Virus record (IMG/VR): IMGVR_UViG_3300024042_000004 | Location: 1 to 24,952 of that record | Strand: one strand, 5' to 3' | Length of the DNA stretch: 24,952 bases | Source: a virus | Taxonomy: Duplodnaviria; Caudoviricetes | In this document: positions 15,333 through 24,444 of the stretch, in pieces | Layout of the letters: each line of letters begins with the position of its first letter | Numbering within the stretch: position 1 is the stretch's first letter | Program-made: the position numbers and the translations under genes | Notes under the pieces: generated by a model | The model's database searches: none | What the model saw: the letters and a program-made list of their open reading frames with translations, nothing else | What the model was told of the DNA's origin: nothing

Positions 15333-16127
15333 CTAGGTGGGGGTAATACTGTTAACAAAGGGGTGGTTAATGGTGTAATCAGTTTCGGTTTGTGTGGTGG
15401 TGTAATCCACGGCGTAACGCAGGTCACGTCGATAAATAAGCGGCTTTTGTAATTGGTCTTGCTCAGAGGCTCCGCGATAACTTAGCGCGGCATAAAACCC
15501 GTCAGGCATCATCATCCGCTGTGCTGCAGTTAAGGCTATTTCAATGGCATTGCTTACCGTTTCGCGTAAGGCAAAGTTAGGGGCCCAGGTTGTTATCATA
15601 AACACGCGCTCTTGGCTTTTAATCGGCCTTGTGCTTGTGCCTGCCGTGTTAATTCTGGCAATTACACTGTGGGCGCCTGTAATAGTAATAACAGAGCCTG
15701 TAGTCTCCGCGCCTGGAATGAGAGCCGCTAATGCAGCGGCGATGCTCTCAGGCGTATCGCTTGGCTGGATGGCGTACGCGTAAGGCGTACCGTTAACGAT
15801 GAGCATGCAGGCAGAGGGCGTTGAGATTGCGCCACCTAGCGTTACCGTGTTATTAACAACAGTTGCGGTGAGCGTTATAGGCGCCATAGGTCCATCGTAC
15901 CAAACCCTGGCATAGCGTGTTGTGCTACGCTCCATGTTATTGACGGGGTAAATAGACACAAATACCTTGCCCTCTGACAGCGCCGTATTTAGCGCATTGG
16001 CATCAGGCCAGCCGCTTACTATGGTAATATCGGTGCCCGCAATAGAGGCTTGCCCAGTTCCATCGGGATACAATGCAGAGGCCGCGAGGCCGCCTATAGC
16101 ATTCATAACATCCGTTAAGCTTGCCAT
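15333..16127 (-). CDS. putative tail terminator/completion protein
   Basis: Position before sheath. GWP, ITTWAP..ALRE and YRRDLRY.VDY pattern. Confidence 0.6.
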   Translation of the reverse strand: MASLTDVMNAIGGLAASALYPDGTGQASIAGTDITIVSGWPDANALNTALSEGKVFVSIYPVNNMERSTTRYARVWYDGPMAPITLTATVVNNTVTLGGAISTPSACMLIVNGTPYAYAIQPSDTPESIAAALAALIPGAETTGSVITITGAHSVIARINTAGTSTRPIKSQERVFMITTWAPNFALRETVSNAIEIALTAAQRMMMPDGFYAALSYRGASEQDQLQKPLIYRRDLRYAVDYTTTQTETDYTINHPFVNSITPT

Positions 16128-16765
16128 TAGGCACCTACCTTGCTTAGTGTTAAGCGCCAGCCCAGGTCGGTTAGCTCATCACTGCTTACGATATAGCGCG
16201 CACCTTGCTCATCTATCGCCACATCACCGGTTTTAAGTGTGACGTTACCCAAGTAAGGCGCCAAGCATTTAAACCAAGGCATCTTGGTATCTTGCGGCAG
16301 TCCTACAGGGTTTTGCTCGCCCTTGCTATTTTCAAGGAGTGACACGGGGCAGGCTTGCATTAATGTGGTTTCTTCGGGGGCTGTGTTGCCGCTATAGCCC
16401 ACATAGCCTTTACCTGTTAAGGCGGCGGGCCTTTTGAAGGTTAATCTTGCATTGCACTCTACGCCTAAGATGGGCAGTAAGTGCTGCATGCCTGCAATAA
16501 AGAATGTTTGATCACCAACTAGATAATCAAAGCGCTGAATAGCTCTACCGTCGGTCACTAATTGCCATACTGCATTGCCGTATTTATTGGCCTTGGTGTA
16601 TTCCCAGTTAATATTGGCGCTGGCTAGTACATTCCCTTGTACGTTACCAGCATTGATAGGCTCAATTCCTGTTGTTGAGCGATACACGGTGAAACTTGAA
16701 CCGATACGAAACGCAGCTTTACCATAGCCCTTATAAACCAATTGCTGTAAACGGCTGCCATCCAT
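16127..16765 (-). CDS. putative head closure/neck protein
   Basis: Gene order, C-terminal GDVAIDEQGARYIV beta-barrel-like motif, TAATG coupling. Confidence 0.55.
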   Translation of the reverse strand: MDGSRLQQLVYKGYGKAAFRIGSSFTVYRSTTGIEPINAGNVQGNVLASANINWEYTKANKYGNAVWQLVTDGRAIQRFDYLVGDQTFFIAGMQHLLPILGVECNARLTFKRPAALTGKGYVGYSGNTAPEETTLMQACPVSLLENSKGEQNPVGLPQDTKMPWFKCLAPYLGNVTLKTGDVAIDEQGARYIVSSDELTDLGWRLTLSKVGA

Positions 16766-17145
16766 TATACGACTACCCTAATCCCACCCTGGCCTAAATC
16801 AGGGCCGGGAGGCACGCCCAGAAATCCACACAAGCGCCTACGCCAATTATCAAATAATTGCTCACGGTCTCTTGCTTCGCTCCGGTTACGCTCCCAAATG
16901 GCAGCCTTGTCAGTGTCTAAATTATCCCGCACGCTCACAATATCACTCTCAAGCTGCGAAAGATTGGCAAGATAGCTAGCCTTAACCACTGCCTCTTCGC
17001 TTGATTGCATATTATTGAGCTTATATTCAAGGTTTCCATACCAGGTAAAAAAACGATAGCCAAAACCTTGTGTAGGCTGTGCGCCAAATACGGGATAACC
17101 GCAATAACGACGAATGGCCGTCTTTTCAGCATCGGTAAAGGCCAT
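16765..17145 (-). CDS. putative head-tail adaptor
   Basis: 126-aa helical protein two genes after the capsid gene. Confidence 0.55.
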   Translation of the reverse strand: MAFTDAEKTAIRRYCGYPVFGAQPTQGFGYRFFTWYGNLEYKLNNMQSSEEAVVKASYLANLSQLESDIVSVRDNLDTDKAAIWERNRSEARDREQLFDNWRRRLCGFLGVPPGPDLGQGGIRVVV

Positions 17146-17149
17146 AGTC

Positions 17150-17500
17150 TTAGCTCAAATAGCGAATGGGGGCTTGATTATCAATTAAGTGCTTAATAGT
17201 CTCTGGATTAGCGACCACCTGCCCCTCCCTAAAATGCTTGGTCACGCTGGCATCCTGGCCAGGCATTCTTAATACCAAAACATAATTGCTTAGCATTAAG
17301 ACTTCGCTTGGCGCTGCTGGCTGAACATCTTTGACGGCATCACTTTCTGGCATATCGCCATGAACATCAGTGGGTTTTTCCAGGGCAGCATCTTGTGCCG
17401 CCTGCTCGTTTCCGGCAGATGCTTGCACTTCTTGCTCAATTGGACTTTGAGGAGCAGTACCTGCCTGCTCCTGTTGTTTTCCTTTGTTTGTAATAGCCAT
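17150..17500 (-). CDS. hypothetical protein (disordered N-terminus) after capsid gene
   Basis: ORF tightly packed between MCP and adaptor. Confidence 0.7.
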   Translation of the reverse strand: MAITNKGKQQEQAGTAPQSPIEQEVQASAGNEQAAQDAALEKPTDVHGDMPESDAVKDVQPAAPSEVLMLSNYVLVLRMPGQDASVTKHFREGQVVANPETIKHLIDNQAPIRYLS

Positions 17501-17502
17501 GA

Positions 17503-18822
17503 TTATGCGCCTCCGACTTCTAACACAACTGCACGCTTAAAGTAGCTGTTGTTGGCGGTTGGGATAATGCTGGTGTCAGCCGTAACATCAGTTGGAACAC
17601 CAAAGCCCATAATGGTATACCAGGATTGAGCTATGATTTGATCTAACCTATCTAGTGGCCCGCGAGTTACTTGAACAATGTCCTCGACTACATCAATCTC
17701 TGAGGCGCCGTTTTTCTGCATAGCATCGGTTAAGCCCTCAAATATACCTTTAATTAAGCAGCCTTCTCCGCAAATAATGGGGCGATGCACTTTAACGCCA
17801 TTAGTTAGGGTTTGCTGCGGGGCTTCGTTAGTGCGAACCAAGCGCAAGTCCAGAATTTCCACGATTTGAGCACGTCGGTATTCTTCTGCGCTCATACCAG
17901 TACCGCGGAATAATAATTGAAACTCAGGGTCCGCATAGAGCTGACGCATCGAAGTGTCATCCATGATACAGTCATACATGCCGCCACGACCTTCCACGCC
18001 ATTATTACGAAGACGAGTTACGCCATCAAGCAGCAGGGACATGGTTAATAAATCACCACTAGTCAGCGCTGCGGTAGTTGCTCTTGCGCTGGGACGTAAT
18101 ATAGTAGGCGCTATGCCTGCCACCACAGCATTTCCTGCTGTGCCATCTGAGGTGCTAACATTGCCGCTGAAGGTTAATGTGCCAGAAATGCCACTAGGAG
18201 CGGTTGACGTGTTACTCACGTCAGCAGTGGCACCCGTGAGCGTATAGCTATTAGAGCCAACAACTACAGCTAGGGTGTTGCTTCCGCTTACTGGGACATC
18301 TTGCCCATTCACCTTTTTATAAAGAAAGCCGCGAATATCATCTACAGCAATGCTGGTAGCTGGCGAGCCTAGCGTAGTTTTTACGCGGGTATTGCCTCCA
18401 AGATAGGCATCAAATAGATAATTACGAGACAGCCTATCAACTGTTTGACCAGCCTGTACACCATTCACACGAGCATTCATTAAGAATTGCTTTTCAATCC
18501 CTACTTTCTGGTTGATGATGTTTAAGTCGATGGTGTCACCATATTCATTTAGCGTCATGGTGTACTGCTCAACACTGTTAGAAGCGGGCGTTAAGCCGTT
18601 ATCCAAGTTAGTGTTGAGTGAAGGATTCAAAGGGGTAGTGACCGGCGCTTTATGACCAAACTTAGTTTTGGTTAAGGTTTCGCCGATTTTAGTTGCGAAC
18701 TCTTCGCGCTCTGCAACAAGACCATAGCCAAGCTTAGAAGTTAGCCCTTCTGAAAAGCGCCGCTCTAAAAAGCCTTGTTGGATTAACGGTTGTAACGAGG
18801 TTGGAAAATTGGAAATACTCAT
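17503..18822 (-). CDS. major capsid protein (HK97 fold)
   Basis: 439 aa, follows scaffold. GETLTKTK, TLNEYG, PLDRLDQIIAQSW, RAVVLE. SD AGGAG. Confidence 0.85.
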   Translation of the reverse strand: MSISNFPTSLQPLIQQGFLERRFSEGLTSKLGYGLVAEREEFATKIGETLTKTKFGHKAPVTTPLNPSLNTNLDNGLTPASNSVEQYTMTLNEYGDTIDLNIINQKVGIEKQFLMNARVNGVQAGQTVDRLSRNYLFDAYLGGNTRVKTTLGSPATSIAVDDIRGFLYKKVNGQDVPVSGSNTLAVVVGSNSYTLTGATADVSNTSTAPSGISGTLTFSGNVSTSDGTAGNAVVAGIAPTILRPSARATTAALTSGDLLTMSLLLDGVTRLRNNGVEGRGGMYDCIMDDTSMRQLYADPEFQLLFRGTGMSAEEYRRAQIVEILDLRLVRTNEAPQQTLTNGVKVHRPIICGEGCLIKGIFEGLTDAMQKNGASEIDVVEDIVQVTRGPLDRLDQIIAQSWYTIMGFGVPTDVTADTSIIPTANNSYFKRAVVLEVGGA

Positions 18823-18857
18823 TTATGACTCCTAAGATTAAGTAATGTTCACTTAGC

Positions 18858-18909
18858 CCTGGGAGTCAGTCCCCGATAGCTTTGCATTTCCTGGGCGTCT
18901 AGCCCCGAT
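18858..18909 (-). repeat. tandem structured 20-nt repeat in capsid gene leader
   Basis: CCTGGGAGTCAGTCCCCGAT (18858-18877) and CCTGGGCGTCTAGCCCCGAT (18890-18909), 16/20 identical, with a compensatory pair change. Confidence 0.75.
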
Positions 18910-18930
18910 GAAATGTAGGTTTGTTAATAA

Positions 18931-19449
18931 TTATCGAACGCCGTATTTTGCAAGTTCTGCCTTATATTCGGCCTCCGACATATCTTTCGCCTTTTTGGCT
19001 TCTTGAGCCCCAGGCTTTGGCATGTCAGGATTAGCACTTGTGCTTACGACTTCTTTAAATAAATAGGGTTTAGTTTCTTTGAGCGCTTTAATTAACTCTG
19101 GCGCACCTTGCACATCGCCATTATCATCTAGAGTCACTTTTGATAAATCGGCTAACTTAAGCCCGTCCATATCAATCATGCCCGCTAAAGCGGCTTGTGC
19201 TTTAAGCTCTGCGCGAATTAACCGCTCATTATTGGTTTTTTGTAACTCATCAATGCGCTGCAAGGCTTGTTGTGCCTTTGTTTCTGCTTCTTGCGCTTTT
19301 TTTTCAGCTTTCTTTGCCTGTAACCTTCTGGTTTTAGCCTCTGCGCGAAGCTCCCTAATGTGGGCACTTTCATCTTTGCCGGAATCTTCATGCCCTGTAT
19401 CATTATCCTGGGTTAAATCTTCGTTATCTAAGTTAGTTTCATCGGTCAT
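18931..19449 (-). CDS. capsid scaffolding protein
   Basis: Acidic N-terminus, IRELRAEAKTRR coiled coil, LKETKPYLF motif. Start at ATG 19449 with SD AGGAG (track starts at 19470). Confidence 0.85.
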   Translation of the reverse strand: MTDETNLDNEDLTQDNDTGHEDSGKDESAHIRELRAEAKTRRLQAKKAEKKAQEAETKAQQALQRIDELQKTNNERLIRAELKAQAALAGMIDMDGLKLADLSKVTLDDNGDVQGAPELIKALKETKPYLFKEVVSTSANPDMPKPGAQEAKKAKDMSEAEYKAELAKYGVR

Positions 19450-19475
19450 CTGACGTTCTCCTGTGGGCATCAGCC

Positions 19476-20924
19476 CTATGCTTGTATGGTTTCAGTTACT
19501 TTAGGTTGCATTGCAGCAAGCTTTTTGGCATCAGCCTCAATTTGCTGTAATTCTTTGCTGACATCTTCAATATCATAATTAGCTGCGATAGTTTTAACGG
19601 CTGTTTCTTGAGAAATATGACCGCTATCGCTTAAAACTTTTAATGTGGTGGCATCGCTTTGTTTATCATGCGAGGTAGGAGGATACCATTGCGGCCAGCG
19701 AAGAGTTACCTTCTCACTGTCGTTTAGCTCACCTAATGGCTTTCCATCTACTTGTAATTTAAGCTTCTTGGAGGCATTAATAATCATTTTTAATAGGTCT
19801 AATAAACCGCATTCACCGTAGCTAATGCGCAATTCATCAGAAAGCCATACCAAAGCTTGGTTTAGCATTTCCATTGCTTTACCAGATTGAGCAACAGCCA
19901 CCTTATCTGCATTCACTCGATTACCGCGCACTGCCTCTAAGCCCATTTCGCGCAACGCACGGACATATTGAATAACCGCATCCGCTGCTTTTCCATTAAT
20001 CTCAAGAAGCTCTGCGCCGCCATCTGACTCTACAATAAGTGCGTTGCCGCTACCTTCTATGGTTTGATTAGGATTAGCTGGGTTTTTGATAACAAGCTTA
20101 GGGTCTGCTGAATACTTTAAGGCTCTGCCTGCCATGGATAGCTGATAATCAATCTCGATAGCTATATCAATTGCTGATTTAAACGTACAGCGACCATCTA
20201 TGCCTTTGCCACCTGGCAGGTTTTTAATCCACACCATAGGCACAAAGCCAAGTCTATGCTGAACTGTTTTTTTGCTATCAACCTGTGGCACGGCCTCTTT
20301 ATTAGAAACAAGCCAAGGCAGGTAAACGGTCTCTGCGTTTGCATCCCATTCGCGCTTAACCCAGTGCCAGCTATTTAAGTTTTCATCGGCAATAGGATAA
20401 TCTAATTCTTTTAAATCGTGGCCCTTAACTTTGTATTTTTCGACAACTTTAATGAGGGTGTCGGGTGCGTTTCTATCATAAACAGGGGTTAAATACTGTG
20501 TCGATAGCACTTTAAAATAAAGCCTGTTACTCAATACCTGCATTAATATTGCAATGCTGCCTACGCTTCCCGCCCTTGCTGCTTCAATCATTAACTGATT
20601 GAGTCGGCAGGATTTGATGACCTCTTGCAACGCATCGCGCGTAGGCTCGTCCTTACAATCAATTTCAGGAAAGTGTGCTTCACTAAACAGCATGGAGACG
20701 CTGTCATTTACAATGATTTCGGGTAGTCCATAGATGACTGAAGGTATACGTTTGTGAATTGGTATATATTCGTTAGTAGTATTATATTCAACGTGAAATG
20801 GGTTCACTAAATGATCGTAAATCTCACCCTCTAGCACTCTGGTATAAATATCAATCCAAAAAGAGCGCTCTGGATAATCTTTATCGCGCTGGTCTTGCAG
20901 CGGCTTTATAATTGATTTAAACAT
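19476..20924 (-). CDS. portal protein (SPP1 gp6-like)
   Basis: About 482 aa after terL. HRLGFVPMVWIKN, QSGKAM, ISQETAV. Start 20924 by TAATG coupling. Confidence 0.88.
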   Translation of the reverse strand: MFKSIIKPLQDQRDKDYPERSFWIDIYTRVLEGEIYDHLVNPFHVEYNTTNEYIPIHKRIPSVIYGLPEIIVNDSVSMLFSEAHFPEIDCKDEPTRDALQEVIKSCRLNQLMIEAARAGSVGSIAILMQVLSNRLYFKVLSTQYLTPVYDRNAPDTLIKVVEKYKVKGHDLKELDYPIADENLNSWHWVKREWDANAETVYLPWLVSNKEAVPQVDSKKTVQHRLGFVPMVWIKNLPGGKGIDGRCTFKSAIDIAIEIDYQLSMAGRALKYSADPKLVIKNPANPNQTIEGSGNALIVESDGGAELLEINGKAADAVIQYVRALREMGLEAVRGNRVNADKVAVAQSGKAMEMLNQALVWLSDELRISYGECGLLDLLKMIINASKKLKLQVDGKPLGELNDSEKVTLRWPQWYPPTSHDKQSDATTLKVLSDSGHISQETAVKTIAANYDIEDVSKELQQIEADAKKLAAMQPKVTETIQA

Positions 20925-22450
20925 TAACGTCTCATTAATGAAACTTGCGCCCACTTAAGCGTCTCATTGCATGTTGGTGCATAAGATAAAACTAAAGCAT
21001 CCGCCATATCAGGACTTGCAACACCTCTTTTTTTCATCTTAGCTTTTGATTCCATTTTTATTTTACCGTTCTCGGTTTTCTCATAAAGCTGGCGGGACAG
21101 TTGCGATATAAGCTCACTATCATTAGGAATACTGATAAGCTCATCAATCGGCCATTCTTTAATGCCCTTAACATGTTCATATGTACGTTCAAAGCGCCGT
21201 CTTAGTTTCCACCACAATTCAGCTTTTAGATTTAAAAATAAATCCTCATTCTTCTTTTCTGGTGTAAATTGCTCTTTTGAAATACCCTCGCCTATTACCA
21301 CGCCATTAATATTGATTCTGTGCGTGTATTGCTGGCTTAAGCTCCATAACTCGCCTTTAACGCCTGCGCCTACACCGATAACATCATAATTTAGGTTGTC
21401 GATGGCGCATTCCTGACAGCGGTTAAATACCTTCCTGGCTGCTTGGGTTGTGTTACCTTCTTTCCAGCGTTCAATAGACTCAACTACCGACCCTTTTCTT
21501 ATTGCAAGTGCTTTGTAGTCGGTTCCCTCATCGGCTACGTCAAAGCCTGCAAAACGTAAGCCAGTTCCTTTAATATCTAAATTAATAGCAGCCCTTACCC
21601 AGGCCGAGGGGATTGTGACATTATCAATAGAAGCTGAATAATCGATGTCAATTTCTTGCGCTACAGTGATAGGGTCTAACTCATCGCATTGTTTTTGATA
21701 CCAAACATCATCTTTACGCGGATCGTCCCGCCAATGAAATGTAAAGACTGCAATTTTTCCACCAAACCGTTTACGCCAAAAAGGATTTCCTTCACCATTC
21801 GGTGTTGAAATGTCTATTTTTACATCCGAGTTTTGGCTAATGGAGGCCTCTATGCGTTCTGGTCGTTCATAGAATGCAGACTCATCCTTGAAATAAATAC
21901 TTGAGCGACCGCCTCGTCCCATGTTATCGCCCGCCTCACCTGTGATGGATGATCCATTTTCAGGATTTAGAATTTTCATGTGCGTACAGTTTCTAATCAG
22001 ATTAAAACCCGTCGGTAAAAATTCTTTAGGCAAGAAATTTAATATTGTCCGTCCTTTCTCAAATATGCTTTTGGGGTCGCCAATTCTATCCACGAGCTCT
22101 TCTTTGCGAGAGCCGAACGAGATAGCAATGCCATCATGAAATAACCATATCCAGATTGAGAAAGCCATTGAGAGCCAGGTCAAACCCATGTCGCGGCTTT
22201 TTTCGACTAAACCGCTTTCCTTTCCCTGCCACCTATCGATTAGCCAGTGTATATACTCTTCTTGGCGTTTAAATAAAATAAAAGGCAATAAAGGCTGCGA
22301 TTGCCTAGGGTCGTAGGTAAACATCCAGTCGTTGATAAAATCAACCGGATGGCTTTTATAATGGATTTTAGCTGCTTGTAAAAGAATCGGGTTGCTGCGT
22401 ATTTTAATTAAACGCTCATTGCGCTCTGCGACAACTTCAATGCAATTCAT
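20924..22450 (-). CDS. terL: terminase large subunit
   Basis: Walker A KSRDMGLT, Walker B YFKDE, motif III ISTPNG, nuclease GFDVA and SPDMADAL. Confidence 0.95.
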   Translation of the reverse strand: MNCIEVVAERNERLIKIRSNPILLQAAKIHYKSHPVDFINDWMFTYDPRQSQPLLPFILFKRQEEYIHWLIDRWQGKESGLVEKSRDMGLTWLSMAFSIWIWLFHDGIAISFGSRKEELVDRIGDPKSIFEKGRTILNFLPKEFLPTGFNLIRNCTHMKILNPENGSSITGEAGDNMGRGGRSSIYFKDESAFYERPERIEASISQNSDVKIDISTPNGEGNPFWRKRFGGKIAVFTFHWRDDPRKDDVWYQKQCDELDPITVAQEIDIDYSASIDNVTIPSAWVRAAINLDIKGTGLRFAGFDVADEGTDYKALAIRKGSVVESIERWKEGNTTQAARKVFNRCQECAIDNLNYDVIGVGAGVKGELWSLSQQYTHRININGVVIGEGISKEQFTPEKKNEDLFLNLKAELWWKLRRRFERTYEHVKGIKEWPIDELISIPNDSELISQLSRQLYEKTENGKIKMESKAKMKKRGVASPDMADALVLSYAPTCNETLKWAQVSLMRR

Positions 22451-22926
22451 TATTTCTTTAGATTTTCAGTGTAAACTTGAGTAGCTTCTTGCTCAGTCAT
22501 TGTTCGGGTAACCGTATTGATAGCACCGCCATCCTTACCAGTTAATTCTAATTTATCTTTAAACATACCAAGATGCTTACCAATTAACTCTAATGCGCGG
22601 TTAGCACCGGATGAGTCAAATTGATAAGCCCCTTCTACGGGCTGACCTCGATACACGACCTGCTCAGCCTCCATGCACCTTTCAGCCACTGATTTAAGGT
22701 TATTTAAAACCCAATCCTGAGTAATTTCCGTCCGTTTTTTAAGTTCTTGTTGAGCAACTTCTATAGCCTTTTTAATTGGATCTTTAGTGAGTAGTTCATG
22801 CCCTATTGAATAAGCTGTTTTTTTGCTGAAACCTGCCCTGATTGCTGCTTGAGTCGCATTAAGCTTTGGATCTGCCAAATACTCATCGACAAACCGTTGT
22901 TGCTTTTTTGTTAACTTTTCAGACAT
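22450..22926 (-). CDS. terS: terminase small subunit
   Basis: LTKKQQRFVDEYL...NATQAAIRAGFS.KTA, ALELIGKHLGMF, ELTGKDGG. Confidence 0.95.
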   Translation of the reverse strand: MSEKLTKKQQRFVDEYLADPKLNATQAAIRAGFSKKTAYSIGHELLTKDPIKKAIEVAQQELKKRTEITQDWVLNNLKSVAERCMEAEQVVYRGQPVEGAYQFDSSGANRALELIGKHLGMFKDKLELTGKDGGAINTVTRTMTEQEATQVYTENLKK

Positions 22927-22930
22927 ATAT

Positions 22931-22958
22931 AAAAAAGGCCAGCTTTCACCGGCCCTTT
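22931..22958 (-). terminator. intrinsic terminator immediately upstream of terS
   Basis: Minus strand GGCCGGT-GAAA-GCTGGCC-TTTTTT. Confidence 0.75.
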
Positions 22959-22961
22959 GGA

Positions 22962-23279
22962 TTAACGTATTCCAGCGTTTTTACCTGGAACTTGGGAAGT
23001 ATATTGAAGATTATTGATCTTATTGATTAACACTTGATAATCATCACGATTTTTGCCTTTCAGCTTCGCTTCTTCAGCTACGCGTTTCAGGTTATCAATC
23101 GCGCTTGCTCTTAAGTCAAATTGCCAGCCGTGCTGCACTTGCTCAGCTTTATCTATATTAAAATCTTCTAACACAATATTATCCAAGCGTAAGTTATCTG
23201 CATCGCCATTTTCTTTAGCAGACTTGCAAAGATCATTAATCACATTAATATCATTTTGCTCTAAAACTATTTTGTTCAT
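22962..23279 (-). CDS. hypothetical protein
   Basis: 105-aa ORF with AGGGGG SD-like sequence. Confidence 0.7.
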   Translation of the reverse strand: MNKIVLEQNDINVINDLCKSAKENGDADNLRLDNIVLEDFNIDKAEQVQHGWQFDLRASAIDNLKRVAEEAKLKGKNRDDYQVLINKINNLQYTSQVPGKNAGIR

Positions 23280-23401
23280 AACTGCCCCCTTGGTTTAATG
23301 TTTAACACTTTTTACTTAACAAACTCCAGCAACACTGATAGCGTCGTTAATCCTGCAAACGTCCTCACGCTAACCACTGCATTTATTAACCGTTGCATAA
23401 G

Positions 23402-23680
23402 CTACTGCGGCTCCGTAGTTTGTTCGCCATTACGCTTGAACCAGCCGTTTTCTATCATATAATCTTCTTCAACCACTTGTGAGCCAGTCGGCGGCTGCAC
23501 CAATTGACCTGTTTTATAAAAGCAGGCAACCTGTCCGTTTGTCGGATGATCTATCCGATTTGTATATTGTCCGGTATTGCCATTTGGATATCCGAATTGT
23601 TGATTAACGATGGCTATCCATTGCTCATAGATTTCAGCGGTTTCAAAAACCGAATATTTTGGCGAAGGTGTAGCTGTCAT
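23402..23680 (-). CDS. hypothetical protein, possible fibre assembly/accessory protein
   Basis: 92 aa, ATGA-coupled to the lectin-like gene. Confidence 0.6.
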   Translation of the reverse strand: MTATPSPKYSVFETAEIYEQWIAIVNQQFGYPNGNTGQYTNRIDHPTNGQVACFYKTGQLVQPPTGSQVVEEDYMIENGWFKRNGEQTTEPQ

Positions 23681-24444
23681 AACAATTCAATCCCTATTTC
23701 ATTTGCGAACATGCGAGAGATGGCGGTCTCCTCGTCTGGAGTAATAGCCCCTTCGATTACGGCTATATCCGATACCAATCCGTAGAAAGGGAAGCTGGCT
23801 TGGTTTCTTGCCCCCACATACAAATAATGGTCAGCAAAAGTATTAGTATTTTTGTTAAGAGCGCCGCCCTGCCTTGTTATTTGCACATTGTTTTTTATTA
23901 AGTTAACCTGGGGGTCGTTAATTGTTTTATTAAATTCAACGATTAATATTTGATTTTCATTGACGAAATATGAGTTGTAAGAAGTGCCATTGAAGCCAAC
24001 ATTTCCACGCATTGCTGCATATAATCCATTTACTGTATTGCCGCTCAGATTTTCCATGTCGATGTAAAAACCAGTTTGCACACTATTTGTGTTAGATGAC
24101 AATTCAAGCAAGATTTTGGCTTGACCATCTACCAGCGATGCTGTTTTGTTTTGAAAAACAACGACGACGGTTAAAATATTTGTTCGAGATGCAGGCAATG
24201 GGTTTTTGCTTACCATGCACTGTCCCAATCCGTCAAAACTCGCACAAGGCTTGCCATTGAAACCAGTTGCCAAGGCCGTGGGCTGCAATAAATCAGACTC
24301 TTCTATGAGTGGGTTGGCATAATACGCTTTATTTCGTATATAGTTGATTTTTCCTGCGACTGGGGTGTACGTTGATAAGTCTCTAAATGACCAATATCCA
24401 TATAGCCTGCCGCCGAATTTATGTATGTACTCCAGGTCTACCAT
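23677..24444 (-). CDS. LamG/concanavalin A-like beta-sandwich protein
   Basis: NGKPCASFDG, TVVVVF, LYVGARN..SFPFYGLVSDIAVIEGAIT..E. Confidence 0.7.
   Translation of the reverse strand: MVDLEYIHKFGGRLYGYWSFRDLSTYTPVAGKINYIRNKAYYANPLIEESDLLQPTALATGFNGKPCASFDGLGQCMVSKNPLPASRTNILTVVVVFQNKTASLVDGQAKILLELSSNTNSVQTGFYIDMENLSGNTVNGLYAAMRGNVGFNGTSYNSYFVNENQILIVEFNKTINDPQVNLIKNNVQITRQGGALNKNTNTFADHYLYVGARNQASFPFYGLVSDIAVIEGAITPDEETAISRMFANEIGIELL

Noticed and set aside
23312-23398. 28-aa minus-strand ORF MQRLINAVVSVRTFAGLTTLSVLLEFVK
   Set aside because: Fills the gap but is very short with a poorly spaced SD, so support is insufficient.
549-23785. Many + strand and nested out-of-frame ORFs in the track (e.g. 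549..905, 3549..3968, 6577..6882, 19079..19453)
   Set aside because: Shadows of well-supported minus-strand phage genes, with no recognisable motifs.
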